Origin: a virus
Lineage: Duplodnaviria > Caudoviricetes
DNA length: 64,000 bases
Direction: 5' to 3' (one strand)
IMG/VR virus record: IMGVR_UViG_3300020577_007794
In this document: piece by piece, positions 46,534 through 57,800 of the stretch
How the letters are laid out: every line of letters begins with the position of its first letter
Position numbering within the stretch: the stretch's first letter is position 1
Program-made: the position numbers and the translations under genes
Notes under the pieces: model-generated
What the model saw: only the letters and a program-made list of their open reading frames with translations
Database searches by the model: none
What the model was told of the DNA's origin: nothing

Positions 46534-46560
46534 AAGGCCACCTTCGGGTGGCCTTTTTTC
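46534..46560 (+). terminator. Rho-independent terminator
   Basis: AAGGCCACC-TTCG-GGTGGCCTT followed by TTTT. Confidence 0.93.
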
Positions 46561-46564
46561 GTAG

Positions 46565-46572
46565 CTCTATTT
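46565..46572 (+). promoter_or_regulatory. CTCTATTT candidate promoter
   Basis: Directly after a terminator and 11 nt upstream of the next start codon. Confidence 0.5.
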
Positions 46573-46583
46573 GATAGAAAATA

Positions 46584-49500
46584 GTGGCTAGACTGGATAG
46601 AATAACCAATCTGCCTACCGAACCAGGCGATACGGTTCGAGATAAGAAAACTAAGACCGATTACATAGTCCAGTCTATAGTCCCCTATGTTGTGGGTGGA
46701 GCTAGCTTATACTACCTACTTAACGCCTATACCGGCAAATTAGAACAAGTTATAGCTAATGATTTAAAAGACAGAGACTTTCAACCAACAAGAAAGAATG
46801 TGGAGAGAATGACCCCAGAACAGGTCAGAGAATCTAGATTAGATACGTTGGTACGTGGAATGAAAGGCAACGAAGATCTTCTTCGGAAACTAGAAACACC
46901 AGAAGGCTCAGTATTTCGGGACCTGCTTCTTCTCATAGATGATATGGATGATAGTCAGGTTAAAGAGAAGTTTAGAAAATTTGGAGAAACCTTAGTTAGT
47001 GTAACTGACAGGGTGTATAACTCTACCGAGATTCTCGAGTTGATGCAGCAATCACTTGGGGACTCGGCTTCTTTTTATGGACATGAGTACCTTTCAGATT
47101 TAGCAGAAGAACTCAGTGAATACACTTCTGCAAGAACAGGCACTAATAAACTTTCTACTTACGCTGTTCCAAGATTCAACGCAACCAGAGATATTGCCGG
47201 ATTTGAAAAAGTCAACGGTAAACAGGGTTTTGTAGATAGGGCACTTCAGTACTCACTCAGTAAAAGTGAGAGATCCCTTTCTTCAAGAAAAGAGTTTGTA
47301 AATACAGTAAGACAGACTGTTTTTAATAGAGAAGGTTTCTCTTCCCCAGCTATCAGAAGATCAGCTGGAATGAACGAACTGTTTGATAATATTACCGACC
47401 CATATTCCAGAGTTGCTAAAATGGTAGCTGCGTCTCTTGGGGGGAAAGCTACTGAAGAGACCAGAATTGTAAGGAACATCACCAATAAAATTCTGAATGG
47501 GGACGAAGCTTTAACTGCTGCCCTTATTGACTCAGATATAAACGGTATCTTCTCTAATCTCTATCGTCAAACAACATTTAGAACTAGAGCTGGATTAGCT
47601 AATAAACTCTCAGCTAGAAGAACATCTAGCGCGGCCAGGAGAGCTAGACCTACAAAAAGATTAAATGTATCAAGTCTTTTGAAGGGTATGGACAGAGTTG
47701 GGGATACTGAGAAGTACATATCTATAAGCAAGAGTTCATTAATAAATGATGTTATAGGCTCAAAAAGTGTATCTGTAAATTCTTCTAAAGGTATTGTTGG
47801 GACCCTTAGACAAGACGCAGTTCGCAAGAAAATGGAATCTCTTCCAGAGGTTATTACAATGCCAGCCTCTGTGTTAAGAAAACAGGTGGATTCTAACATT
47901 GTCTCCATTGAAGAGATAGAACTGGCACATAACCAAACACCACAACAAATAAGCAGAGAACTTCGTGGAAAGATGGGTGGAAGAGGTGCTGCGGTTGGAT
48001 ATGCTGGGGCGTTTAACCACAATGCGAAGGCTGCATTTTTCGAGGTCAATGATAAAAAATTTGACACACTAGAAAAGGCTAGAACCAACCTCCTTCCAGA
48101 TCAGAGCATCTATAGTATAAAGGCTTTCAACAAAATGGGGAATGAAATACCTCTTTTCCCCCAGGTAATAAAAGTTGAAACTGATATGGACTTGGTAAAT
48201 GAAAGCTACCACCAAGCCAAAGATGAATCAAGGCTGGCTTATTATACTATACAAAATTCTTCTGGAGAGAAAAGTGTTAATCTAATTGGTTCGTCAATGA
48301 ATGTTTCTATTGATGACCAGATTGACAGAGCCTTCGCAGCTGCTAATACCAGAGGTAGAAGTTCCCTATCTTTGGATATTGAAAACAACCCAGAAACAGG
48401 TGCTATCACAGAGATAGGCGTAAGCTTTAGAGATACCGAAGGTGGTTACAAACCTCACTTCAATTTTGTGGCTGGGAATGGAGAATCTGAATCTAATGCT
48501 ATTCTAAGACTTGTAGGTAGATTGGAAAATGCTGATTATGTCGGCACTATGACAGCCCATGACTTCAGTACACTAGCTTCTAGAGCCATGGCCTTATCCA
48601 AAACCTCACAGAGCCCAACAATGCAGAAGAACTTGGAGGCGGCATACTATAAGCTTCTAGAAATTGAGCAAAAAGCTGGGTATGACTTTACTGTAGGTTT
48701 GACAGCTGCTGGGCAGTTTGGGGATACCCCCTTGACACTTGGTAACATAAGCCAGGATTACCTTTCCCCCAAAATCCTAGGCAGGGCTGAAACTCATACT
48801 GCTATGCAAGATAGTATGGACGCTCTTGAAATCCAAGATAAAATACGGGTTGGAGAGCTTCAAGCAAGCAAAGCAGAACTCGGAACAATCTTCCAAGTAA
48901 GATCAACCAGAGTTAATAGAGACGGTTCTTTTGGGAGATTGACAGGCTTCGAAAGACGTGGTGAAGGAAGTTCAGCCTTATTTGAAGAAATGGTTTTCAA
49001 TGAAGGCCGATTTACCACAACTGGTTCTTTATTTGAGCTTCAAGCTGACGGTACTTCACAGCTTGGTGCTGCTATGCGTGGCCTCATTCCAGTAGGTCAT
49101 GGGGAAGCTGTTGCCCCCAATGTTGATATAAATGAAATGGTTCAATTCACTTCCAGGAGAATGGAAGAAAGAGGTTCCAGAATTATTAGAGGCATCAACC
49201 CGCTTAACACGTCCTATTACGATGCTACAACTAGATTTGGAATTGAAGGTGGAAATCTTTTTGGTCTACACGAACTTTCAGTGGTTCAACAAACCAGAAG
49301 TCTTTTAGGCAGCGAGAAGGCTCAGGAAATTCTTAAAAATGTTGGAAGTATGCAGTTTGATCAGATAGAAGAAGCTGCTAGAGACTTGGCATCAACTGTT
49401 CAACTTGGAGATGACGCATCCAAACCTGGATACCAGGCAAGACTTGTAGAGAGTGTGACAAATGCTTTTACGGATGCACAGTACCGACAATCCTTGACTA

Positions 49501-51089
49501 AATCTTCCCTAACTGATCTTCTTGACTCAGCTGCTGGTAAGTCTTTAGTTGGGATGGCAGAAAAAGGAATAGATGGAAACTTTATTGAACAGTACGCTGC
49601 TCCTGCGTTGAGCCTTTCCTTTATGGGAGAAGTTGCCGGTATTCAGGCACCAACATCGTTTGTTTCCGACCCGAGACTGCGACTTCAAACCTTTGACAGA
49701 TCGGGACCTTTCCAAGGTGCAGTGACAAACGTTCTTGGCTACAATACTACTGAAAGAGAGGTAGAAAACTCTGTCAAGAGTTTGATAGGTCAAACTATGC
49801 TAGCTACCACTTCCAGCAAAGCCCCTGGAGCGGGTGCCTTTATAGAGAATGCAATCGGCCCAGAGGGACTGAACAAAGTAATTGAAAGTGTTTCCTTACT
49901 GAGACAATCAAAAGAGATCAAGGATGACATCCATGCACTCGATGCCCTCTCTACCACACTTTATAGTGACCCCTCTATAAAAAGGTTAGCTGATGCTATA
50001 GATGAATCGGATTTCTTCCACGGAAACATTAAAGAACAGCTTCTTCGTAGAAATGATCTTCTAAGAGAACACAAAGATGCACTAGGTGTTCATGATGTAG
50101 ATATTATTACTGAACGATTTAAAAACATAGTAGAAGAGGAGTTTGCTAAAACTAGTTCTGCATCTTCTGCAACTGCCGCATCTATAAAGAGAGCACAAAA
50201 TCAACTAGGTGATGCCGCACACACTCTATTCTCTGACGTAACACCTGACTCCTTAGATTTTAATGCCATCTCTAAATTAGGTTCAGAGAAGGTTGATGAA
50301 TTAACAAATGATGCACTGAGAAGAATACATGAAATGACCACTCAAGGTACAGGTGGTTCGGATGTATTGCAACATATTTTTGATAAAACAGGTGAACTGA
50401 GAAATGTATACTTTAAGTCTGGTTTATCGCCAAGAGATCAAGCCATAGCCTTAAATGCATTTGTTAAAGAATCTGAAGAAGTCGTTAAATTGGGTTCTCA
50501 GACAACTAACCCTATTGAACTGGTTCATTCAGTGTTCTTGAAGTACCAGAATGCTGCTCAAACAGCAAAAGCTTCCGCCCCAACGTTGACTGAAATGCAA
50601 AGCACTATAGTCAACCAAGCTACCTCACTTGCAGCTAATGCTTCTGAGGATATATCGTTGAAGGAAGTACAACATACTGTTCTTCTTGGCAACAAGATTG
50701 CCAGTGAAATGGAACTCAAAAAAGTTACGGTACCTCTACTAGCTGTAGGAGGTTTGTTAGCTCTTATTGCAGGAAGCAGCAGACCTAAAGAGGAGTATAG
50801 TGGTGGATACGCCAGCAAACAGTCTCCAGGGGTCATAGCGGCCCATTCAGAGATACCCGGCACTGGATCTGGTACCAGAGTCTTTATGGGTCAGGAAGCC
50901 CCCTTCCAAACAACAGTGAATATGACATCCTATGTTCAGTCTGAAAGAGAGAAACAAGCTATACAAACCAAAGTGTACGATATGATTACTGGAACAGCTA
51001 GACCAGTTCAAGTACGAGTAGACAATAAAGACTTTAGAAAGAATGATCACAGAGAAACAGCTATGGAGCAACTAAGACAGGCATTGTAA
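46584..51089 (+). CDS. giant putative ejection protein with a DEDDh 3'-5' exonuclease domain and a C-terminal hydrophobic helix
   Basis: SLDIE (ExoI), AHDF (ExoII), HTAMQD (ExoIII); VPLLAVGGLLALIAG. Confidence 0.72.
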   Translation: MARLDRITNLPTEPGDTVRDKKTKTDYIVQSIVPYVVGGASLYYLLNAYTGKLEQVIANDLKDRDFQPTRKNVERMTPEQVRESRLDTLVRGMKGNEDLLRKLETPEGSVFRDLLLLIDDMDDSQVKEKFRKFGETLVSVTDRVYNSTEILELMQQSLGDSASFYGHEYLSDLAEELSEYTSARTGTNKLSTYAVPRFNATRDIAGFEKVNGKQGFVDRALQYSLSKSERSLSSRKEFVNTVRQTVFNREGFSSPAIRRSAGMNELFDNITDPYSRVAKMVAASLGGKATEETRIVRNITNKILNGDEALTAALIDSDINGIFSNLYRQTTFRTRAGLANKLSARRTSSAARRARPTKRLNVSSLLKGMDRVGDTEKYISISKSSLINDVIGSKSVSVNSSKGIVGTLRQDAVRKKMESLPEVITMPASVLRKQVDSNIVSIEEIELAHNQTPQQISRELRGKMGGRGAAVGYAGAFNHNAKAAFFEVNDKKFDTLEKARTNLLPDQSIYSIKAFNKMGNEIPLFPQVIKVETDMDLVNESYHQAKDESRLAYYTIQNSSGEKSVNLIGSSMNVSIDDQIDRAFAAANTRGRSSLSLDIENNPETGAITEIGVSFRDTEGGYKPHFNFVAGNGESESNAILRLVGRLENADYVGTMTAHDFSTLASRAMALSKTSQSPTMQKNLEAAYYKLLEIEQKAGYDFTVGLTAAGQFGDTPLTLGNISQDYLSPKILGRAETHTAMQDSMDALEIQDKIRVGELQASKAELGTIFQVRSTRVNRDGSFGRLTGFERRGEGSSALFEEMVFNEGRFTTTGSLFELQADGTSQLGAAMRGLIPVGHGEAVAPNVDINEMVQFTSRRMEERGSRIIRGINPLNTSYYDATTRFGIEGGNLFGLHELSVVQQTRSLLGSEKAQEILKNVGSMQFDQIEEAARDLASTVQLGDDASKPGYQARLVESVTNAFTDAQYRQSLTKSSLTDLLDSAAGKSLVGMAEKGIDGNFIEQYAAPALSLSFMGEVAGIQAPTSFVSDPRLRLQTFDRSGPFQGAVTNVLGYNTTEREVENSVKSLIGQTMLATTSSKAPGAGAFIENAIGPEGLNKVIESVSLLRQSKEIKDDIHALDALSTTLYSDPSIKRLADAIDESDFFHGNIKEQLLRRNDLLREHKDALGVHDVDIITERFKNIVEEEFAKTSSASSATAASIKRAQNQLGDAAHTLFSDVTPDSLDFNAISKLGSEKVDELTNDALRRIHEMTTQGTGGSDVLQHIFDKTGELRNVYFKSGLSPRDQAIALNAFVKESEEVVKLGSQTTNPIELVHSVFLKYQNAAQTAKASAPTLTEMQSTIVNQATSLAANASEDISLKEVQHTVLLGNKIASEMELKKVTVPLLAVGGLLALIAGSSRPKEEYSGGYASKQSPGVIAAHSEIPGTGSGTRVFMGQEAPFQTTVNMTSYVQSEREKQAIQTKVYDMITGTARPVQVRVDNKDFRKNDHRETAMEQLRQAL

Positions 51090-51799
51090 TGGAAGATATT
51101 ACTGATCAATTAGCAGATGCGGGAAATGCGTTAAACCCGCTTTCTGAGGATAAAGCAGAACAAAGATCTCACCTATTTACGGCCAGTATGGTGTCTGCCG
51201 CCGCCAGTATAGGAACAGGTTTTCTAACTAAAGATAAGTTGAAGTCAAGAATGATCAGGAATTCAACATTTTTCACCGCAACATTCGCTGCGGGAATGTA
51301 CTCCGATATTGACCATGGTGACAGTCCTAGTACAGCTATCCTTGTTAACTCTCTAACTGCTGTAGCGGGTATTGTTGCGTTTACTGCGGCAAAAAAATTA
51401 GTACCTTCTGGATTTAGAGCTCTTGCTGGCGCAATTGAAGAACACACAGGAAATAGATCACTCAGCCTGTTATCTGAAAGATTCGCTCAAGCAGTTAAAA
51501 ATGTACCACAGATCGAGTATTTTTTAAACAAGGACACAATTGGACTAGCTGGTTCTTCTGTAACTATTCCAGTAGCTCACTCCTTGGTGCATAGAATAGT
51601 TGCAGACGGACATAGAAGAAGAATCAATTCTGCGCCTATGGCCCACCAATCTTTTAAAGTGGAAAACCAAGCCGGTGATTCAGGTGATCAGACAGAGATG
51701 TCTGGTGAAAGACCTGTAGGAACAAATGAAATAAAGAAAGCGACATTTAACACTGTGATGGTACGGTCCAGTGTTTCGAATTTAACAAGAATGGTTTAA
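51089..51799 (+). CDS. Ala-rich membrane-like virion protein
   Basis: Translationally coupled; several hydrophobic helices. Confidence 0.6.
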   Translation: MEDITDQLADAGNALNPLSEDKAEQRSHLFTASMVSAAASIGTGFLTKDKLKSRMIRNSTFFTATFAAGMYSDIDHGDSPSTAILVNSLTAVAGIVAFTAAKKLVPSGFRALAGAIEEHTGNRSLSLLSERFAQAVKNVPQIEYFLNKDTIGLAGSSVTIPVAHSLVHRIVADGHRRRINSAPMAHQSFKVENQAGDSGDQTEMSGERPVGTNEIKKATFNTVMVRSSVSNLTRMV

Positions 51800-51800
51800 C

Positions 51801-54800
51801 ATGCTGTCAGCCTCACTCTCAAATCTTATCAAATCAACAACCAACACTGTTAAGGGTCAGTTGGTTAATATAGGTAGATCAGGTACTAAAGTTGTCTTTG
51901 AAATAAAGACTGCTGATAGTAAGATTTATAAGGTATCAGCAACAAGCAGTCAAGCTGCCATAATTGTTAAGACACTTAATCTGTCTCAAAATATCGTGGC
52001 CGCAGCTTTGGGGCCTGGAATAAGTGATGAACTAAGAAGCAACCTTATCTCTGATAAAATTTTTGTTGAGATTCCAGTAGAGAAGTCAATATCAGGCTCT
52101 GAAGCTTCTGTGTTGTCTGGTGGAGAAAGAAAGTCTAGTAGAATAGAAAATCCCACTACAACCAAAGGAAAGGCTGAAGATGAGAAGAAAGAAAAGGAAG
52201 ACTTAACTACAGTCTATCCTACAGATAATTGGCCTGGATTGATGGAAGAATCGAGGTTTTTACCTGTTAAAGTTCCAGGCATACTGGGAACCTCCAACAC
52301 AAGAATAGGTCATGCTGTATTCTCAGCACCAATTCAGTTCTTTACATCTCAAAGAACCAGCTATATAGAGCAGAGCCCCACTCTTAGAGAATCTGGGTCC
52401 ATTAAGAAAGGTACGGGATTAGCCTTTCAAACGTATACCATTAACTATTTTGCTACAGATGCTGAGGAAGTAAGAACCTCTGTAAAGGAGGTTTTTGATC
52501 AACTATTGTTACTGCCGTTTATATCGTGCCAAGGTGGTCCATTTGGGTTTACCCCAGGGGATGGGGACATCCCGTACCACGATTTTGCAGTGAGATCTTA
52601 CTCACTTGCTACTGTGCCTGGGCACCCATCAGTCTTGAATGTGCAGATTTCTCTAGAACCACTGCTATTCGATATTTACTGCCAGGTCAAAGACTGCAAA
52701 GAGAGCCAGTCTGGTTATCAAGTAACCATGGATGACATTGTTTGCTGGCCTCTGGTTAAACTTTGGACAGGTTCTAACGAAAAGTCAACCTATAACCCAA
52801 TTCTAACAACGCTCAACGGCTCACTTAGAATGTCTCTCCCATCTAAAAAGGTTATTAACAGAATTGTAGATGAGGCTGATAAGTTTAAATCAACCTTATT
52901 AAACACAGAGGTTGATACACTAGAGACATTAAAAATTCTCATAACAGAACCTAGAGGTGCTGCTATTTCTTCTAACAATGCTAAATTGGTAGAGTCGGAA
53001 GTACTGGCTGGTTCTGGCAGAAAGATCGCTGTAGTTAAATTTGAAGACCAATTTAACTATTCTAGTCTCCAGCAAAACAGTCAATTTTTAGGACTAGTTA
53101 GATGGGAAAAGTTTTCAGGAAACCGATTCTCCAGTAACGGAACATTCCTTCCACAAAGTGGTACCGTTAATCTTGACAGATCAAGCAGCTTTGTAACAAA
53201 TCAAGTTGGGATAACTAACTATAAAACACGAGGGTCTAACGAGTTTAGTTGGATTGACGTTGTGGCCAGTAAGGGAGACATTTCAACCCTAATTGATCAG
53301 TTCTTGAAAGATGAACAAAAACAAAGAGCTGAACCAACTAGTCAGTTAGGGACGCTGCCCTCAATCAACCCACTAACTGATGACATGATTACCCATATCA
53401 AGAACAACCCATGGGAATACTTTGCACTAGTTCTCGATGTTAAGGTAGAAAATGAATCATCGCTATTAAGATCAATTAATCAGCTTTTGAATCAAGCTAA
53501 AACAAAAGCCACTATTCCGTCTATGTCAGAGAGAAAGAACTTTGATAGGATTTTAGCGGAAGAAGATTTAGTAGATTCTGAAGTCTTTATGGATACAGGG
53601 ATAGGGAATACTGACCTAATAATTGAATCCATAATGTCCACTAGGACTAATAATCTTTCTACACAACATGTTCAGGGATGTCATATACCTAAGCATCAAT
53701 TCTTAGGCGGTGGTACTGCAGAGTTTTCTATAAAAGGAAAATGTCTGTCAAAGACTGCCAAAGAAAGATTAGAGGCACTAAAACTGGAATTTGATAGGAG
53801 ATGTCATCTAACTTTTTCTGGCCCCTCCGCAGGTTCTATAAAGAATAATCCAGATAGCACACCATTTGTACGAGTGGTAAATGAAGTATTCCAACTCATG
53901 GGTGTTGACTTTGTTATGCCTGTATCATTGCGGGTTGACTCTATCCCAGAACAACCTAATGTGTGGGAATTCGAAATGGCACTCCTTGAGTTCAATCCTA
54001 AGACTCAGGCATCTGAAAGAGTTAAATTCTTAGAAACAACTCTTCAAACACAGGCAGCAGTTCTAAATTACCAAGCCCCAGGAGATCTAACCCCAGACCC
54101 TCTCATACAAAAGGCTCAGGAATATTTCTCTTTAGAAGATTCTTTGAAGAGTCTTGAGATACTGCCTGACATGGGTCTCCCTACTAAAACTATTCTTGAT
54201 AAGTGGATAGATATTATTAGAGAAGAGGCTATTTACAGGAAGATCAATAAAGTACCTAGACCTAAATCAACACTCTCAGCCACTGAAGCTGAGGTAGTTG
54301 ACCACCTAGAACACTTCTTCCAAAATAATGACTGCCTTACTATAATGTCCCACTTTAAGGAGAGGGATACTACTAAAAGAACTTCTTACACTGGATCATT
54401 TGTAGACCCGGATTTCTACTTCTTCTATGACCCTAATAAAACTTGGGGAGCATTGCTCGATAAGTTGGCTATGCAGGAATTTGGAAGAAGGCTTCCTGGT
54501 TTCTCCTCCGATAAGGTAGAGGAAAATGGTTTAGAAGCGTTCTATCAAGAATTCTCTCCACTCTTCGGCACCACAACCATGTTCTCTTCAGACTACCTTT
54601 CATCTAGGGCGTCTACCACTGAAGATGAATTGATAAGTGCTGCTAAGAACTCATACCCACCATCTCTAGCAAAACAAGCACATGATGCCACAATGTCTCA
54701 GGTTGAGGGTGCTAAATTTGAACAGTATCCGGGAGCATGGTGGACAACACCAACCAATGTCTCACCTGTTGATGAAACAAAGACATTTGAAGACAGCAAC

Positions 54801-57800
54801 CCAGAATACTTAAAGGGTCCTTACATTAATCCTAATGTTAAGGTATCTGCCTTTGACAGTAATGCTGCTAACACAGGGGTTACCCCAGCTGAGTTTGACG
54901 GAAGTTTAGAAGAGTTTCTTTCTATCGCATGGAGACGAAAACGAGCTGAAGTTAACACTTCATATGCCTTAAAGGATTCTAATATTAGACTTAATGGTGG
55001 CAGTGGTATAGGGTTTGCTTCTAAAGACGGTATTAGTTTCTACAAGAGTTTAATAAACTCAGGCTTCCTCTTTACTGCACAACCTGTGTCAACCTACTCT
55101 GCTATTGGGGGAAGTGTTGGAGACTTTGGAAAGTATAACTATCTTGCTGACAATCTTCCCATGGATGCCAGCTATATCTCTGCACGATTAAACGGAGTCC
55201 TTCCAGTAGGTGGTAAATCCCTAAAAGAGATAGAAGAGGAATCAAAGATAGCCCTCCTTCAGACAGGACATGACGACCTGGTTTCTGAATGGGGATATAT
55301 TCCACGATCAATCCATGCTACAAGAAAATACGCAATCCGATATGGTGGTACAGAGATTGTGGCAACACCATTGGCGGCTTTGGGTGCCACCACTACTGAA
55401 GCTTTGGTTAACACCCAGGATATGTTTAACTCCATTGCTGGTAAATACAGAATTGATCCAAATATTGCTAGAGCTTTCTTCCTAAGAAGAACTGGATTTG
55501 GCACTATAAAGAACGAAACTGTTGACAGCAACGGTGTGGGTTTTGGTGACCTGTCGGTGGATATAGCTTCTAAATTATCAAATGCAGAACAAGTAGAATT
55601 ATTCTGTGAGAAATTTAGAAGAAACTTAGACAGACTTAACAACGTTCCAACACTAGCCTTAGCTGCTACAGTAGCTCAGCTTACATATAAAGGAAGAGCA
55701 CTGTATGTTACTGGTACAGATGGTATAGGTACATCAGAGCCAGGTGGTTCGTCTGATAAGTTTAGACTTAACAAACAGACTTTCTACAACGTCTTGAAAG
55801 AGGCAGCTAGCAAGCTTAATAGTCCAGAAACCAAGTTCTCTATTAAAGGTGCTGAAATCATAACTAATGCTTTGGCCAAGACTGCTTTAGCGTCAGATAT
55901 TGATACGTATTGGACAGCATATATTGAGGTCTGCAGAGTCTTAGGATCAGTGAGACTTCCTGGACAATATCTAAGTAAGGTGGATGCCTACTTCGATCCC
56001 TTCAACGCATTGATTCTTACTGACAGTGAAACTAACACTGAATATGCAAACACCTCCCTTACTCCTTCAGGAAATAAGATAAGGGTATCAATGTCCAGAG
56101 GAGAAGTAACACAAACTACAGCTGACATACAAGTATTGGGTGACCCTAATAATCCTGTCTCAGCTGAGCAGGATGCAGAACTCAGGGTAAGGTTAAAGTT
56201 CGGTCTTGAACCTCATTCAGAAGCTTCTGCATGGGGCTCCATGTTTGACTGTAGACGGTATTCTGTGTTTGGTAGGTTTGTCCAAGCCTATCCGTCATTC
56301 TGTGTTCTCCTTGTAAACGAAGGTTTCTACTTTGCGGAAGGTTCTGTTAAATTGTGGGACCAATTCTACACACGAGCTGGCATCACAAATATTGAAGTAT
56401 TTAAGAGTAGGAAAGACCCTGCGCATAGCTGTTCTGTAACATACTCTAATATGTTCTACTCCATCTCTAGATACACACAAATGGAGGCATTGAGGCAGGA
56501 AATAGCTGTGGATTCTAATAATAGATTCCAGAGTACTTTTGGTCTTGGAGCAGGAACACCGCTCGAGTCTATCGAGGGCGCACTAAGACGTTTCTGGGCC
56601 GCAGCTATTTCTAAGGAACCTGACCCAAGACTCTTGAAGACTTGGGCCACGAACCATCTTAATCAACTAGCACTTACTGCTGGAGCGAGAATCCAAGTAA
56701 GAATGGGTTATGGGTCCAACGCCTCAACCCTTCCAGTAGTATTTAACGGTACAATTATTGATGCACCAATTGGTGGACAAGGAGAAGTAACTATTAAAGC
56801 AGCTGGGGATGGCTTTGAGCTTAATAACCCAGTTACTGATAGACTTGTAAAAGTTGATAATGGTTTTGCATACAGAAGTCAAGAAGGATTTTTAGGGGCT
56901 GGTACCGAACCCAGCCAAATCGTTGTTCAGAGTATGATTCCCAACTCGATGTTCGTAGCTGCTTTAACACAAGGTAGATATGGAGTAACAAGAGTTGCCC
57001 CGCACTTCGGAGAGATAATCTTCGGTGGTACGTCATACTCCATTCCTGAAGTTATGATGAATATGTATGGTGCGTCAAGAAAACACTTGTCACAGTCATT
57101 CAACTTCATCAAGAATACCTTTAACAAAAACGCACTGTACAACTGGGATGACACTACACTAATTAGTGTCTCTGTACATGAACCTACAGTTTGGAAGACT
57201 GCACAAGTCTGCGCCCAAGCTGTTATGGATTACGTCACATCACCAGAACCCTTCCATACAAGATCAACTCTCTTTTTTGGAAGGTGGTGGTACCCATTTA
57301 ACTACGCGTACTCTCCATCTATACTAGGACAAAATAATGTTTCCTCTCTTTACACAGCATCTAGATCTACTACTGCTAACAGCGTACCATCTATTGATGG
57401 CTCTACCCCACGCAATACCTCTCCTAAAGGGTTTCCTACGCAAGAAGCCAAAGGAGTCGAACTTAAGTTCGAAATCCTCCCAGACGGCCCATTTAAGGAA
57501 ACTCTCGAAAATGAGAAAAATGTAGCTACTCTTGTAGACCTTAATGTGTTTGATAAAAAGGAAGACACAGCTACAATCATTGCAGGAGTAGCTGGCCTAT
57601 TCGGACAATCCTTAGCTGCTAATCTTTTAGCAGAACTGAAGAAAAAATATCTAGGGTCCGATGAAAAAGCAAAGTGGGGCTTTGGTATATTCAATCCAAA
57701 GAATGGAGGCCCTACATATGCGCTAGTCATGACCTTAGGTGATGATGGTATTTTACGAACACAAAAACTAAAAGACTTCACGTACACCCCAAGCAGTGCT

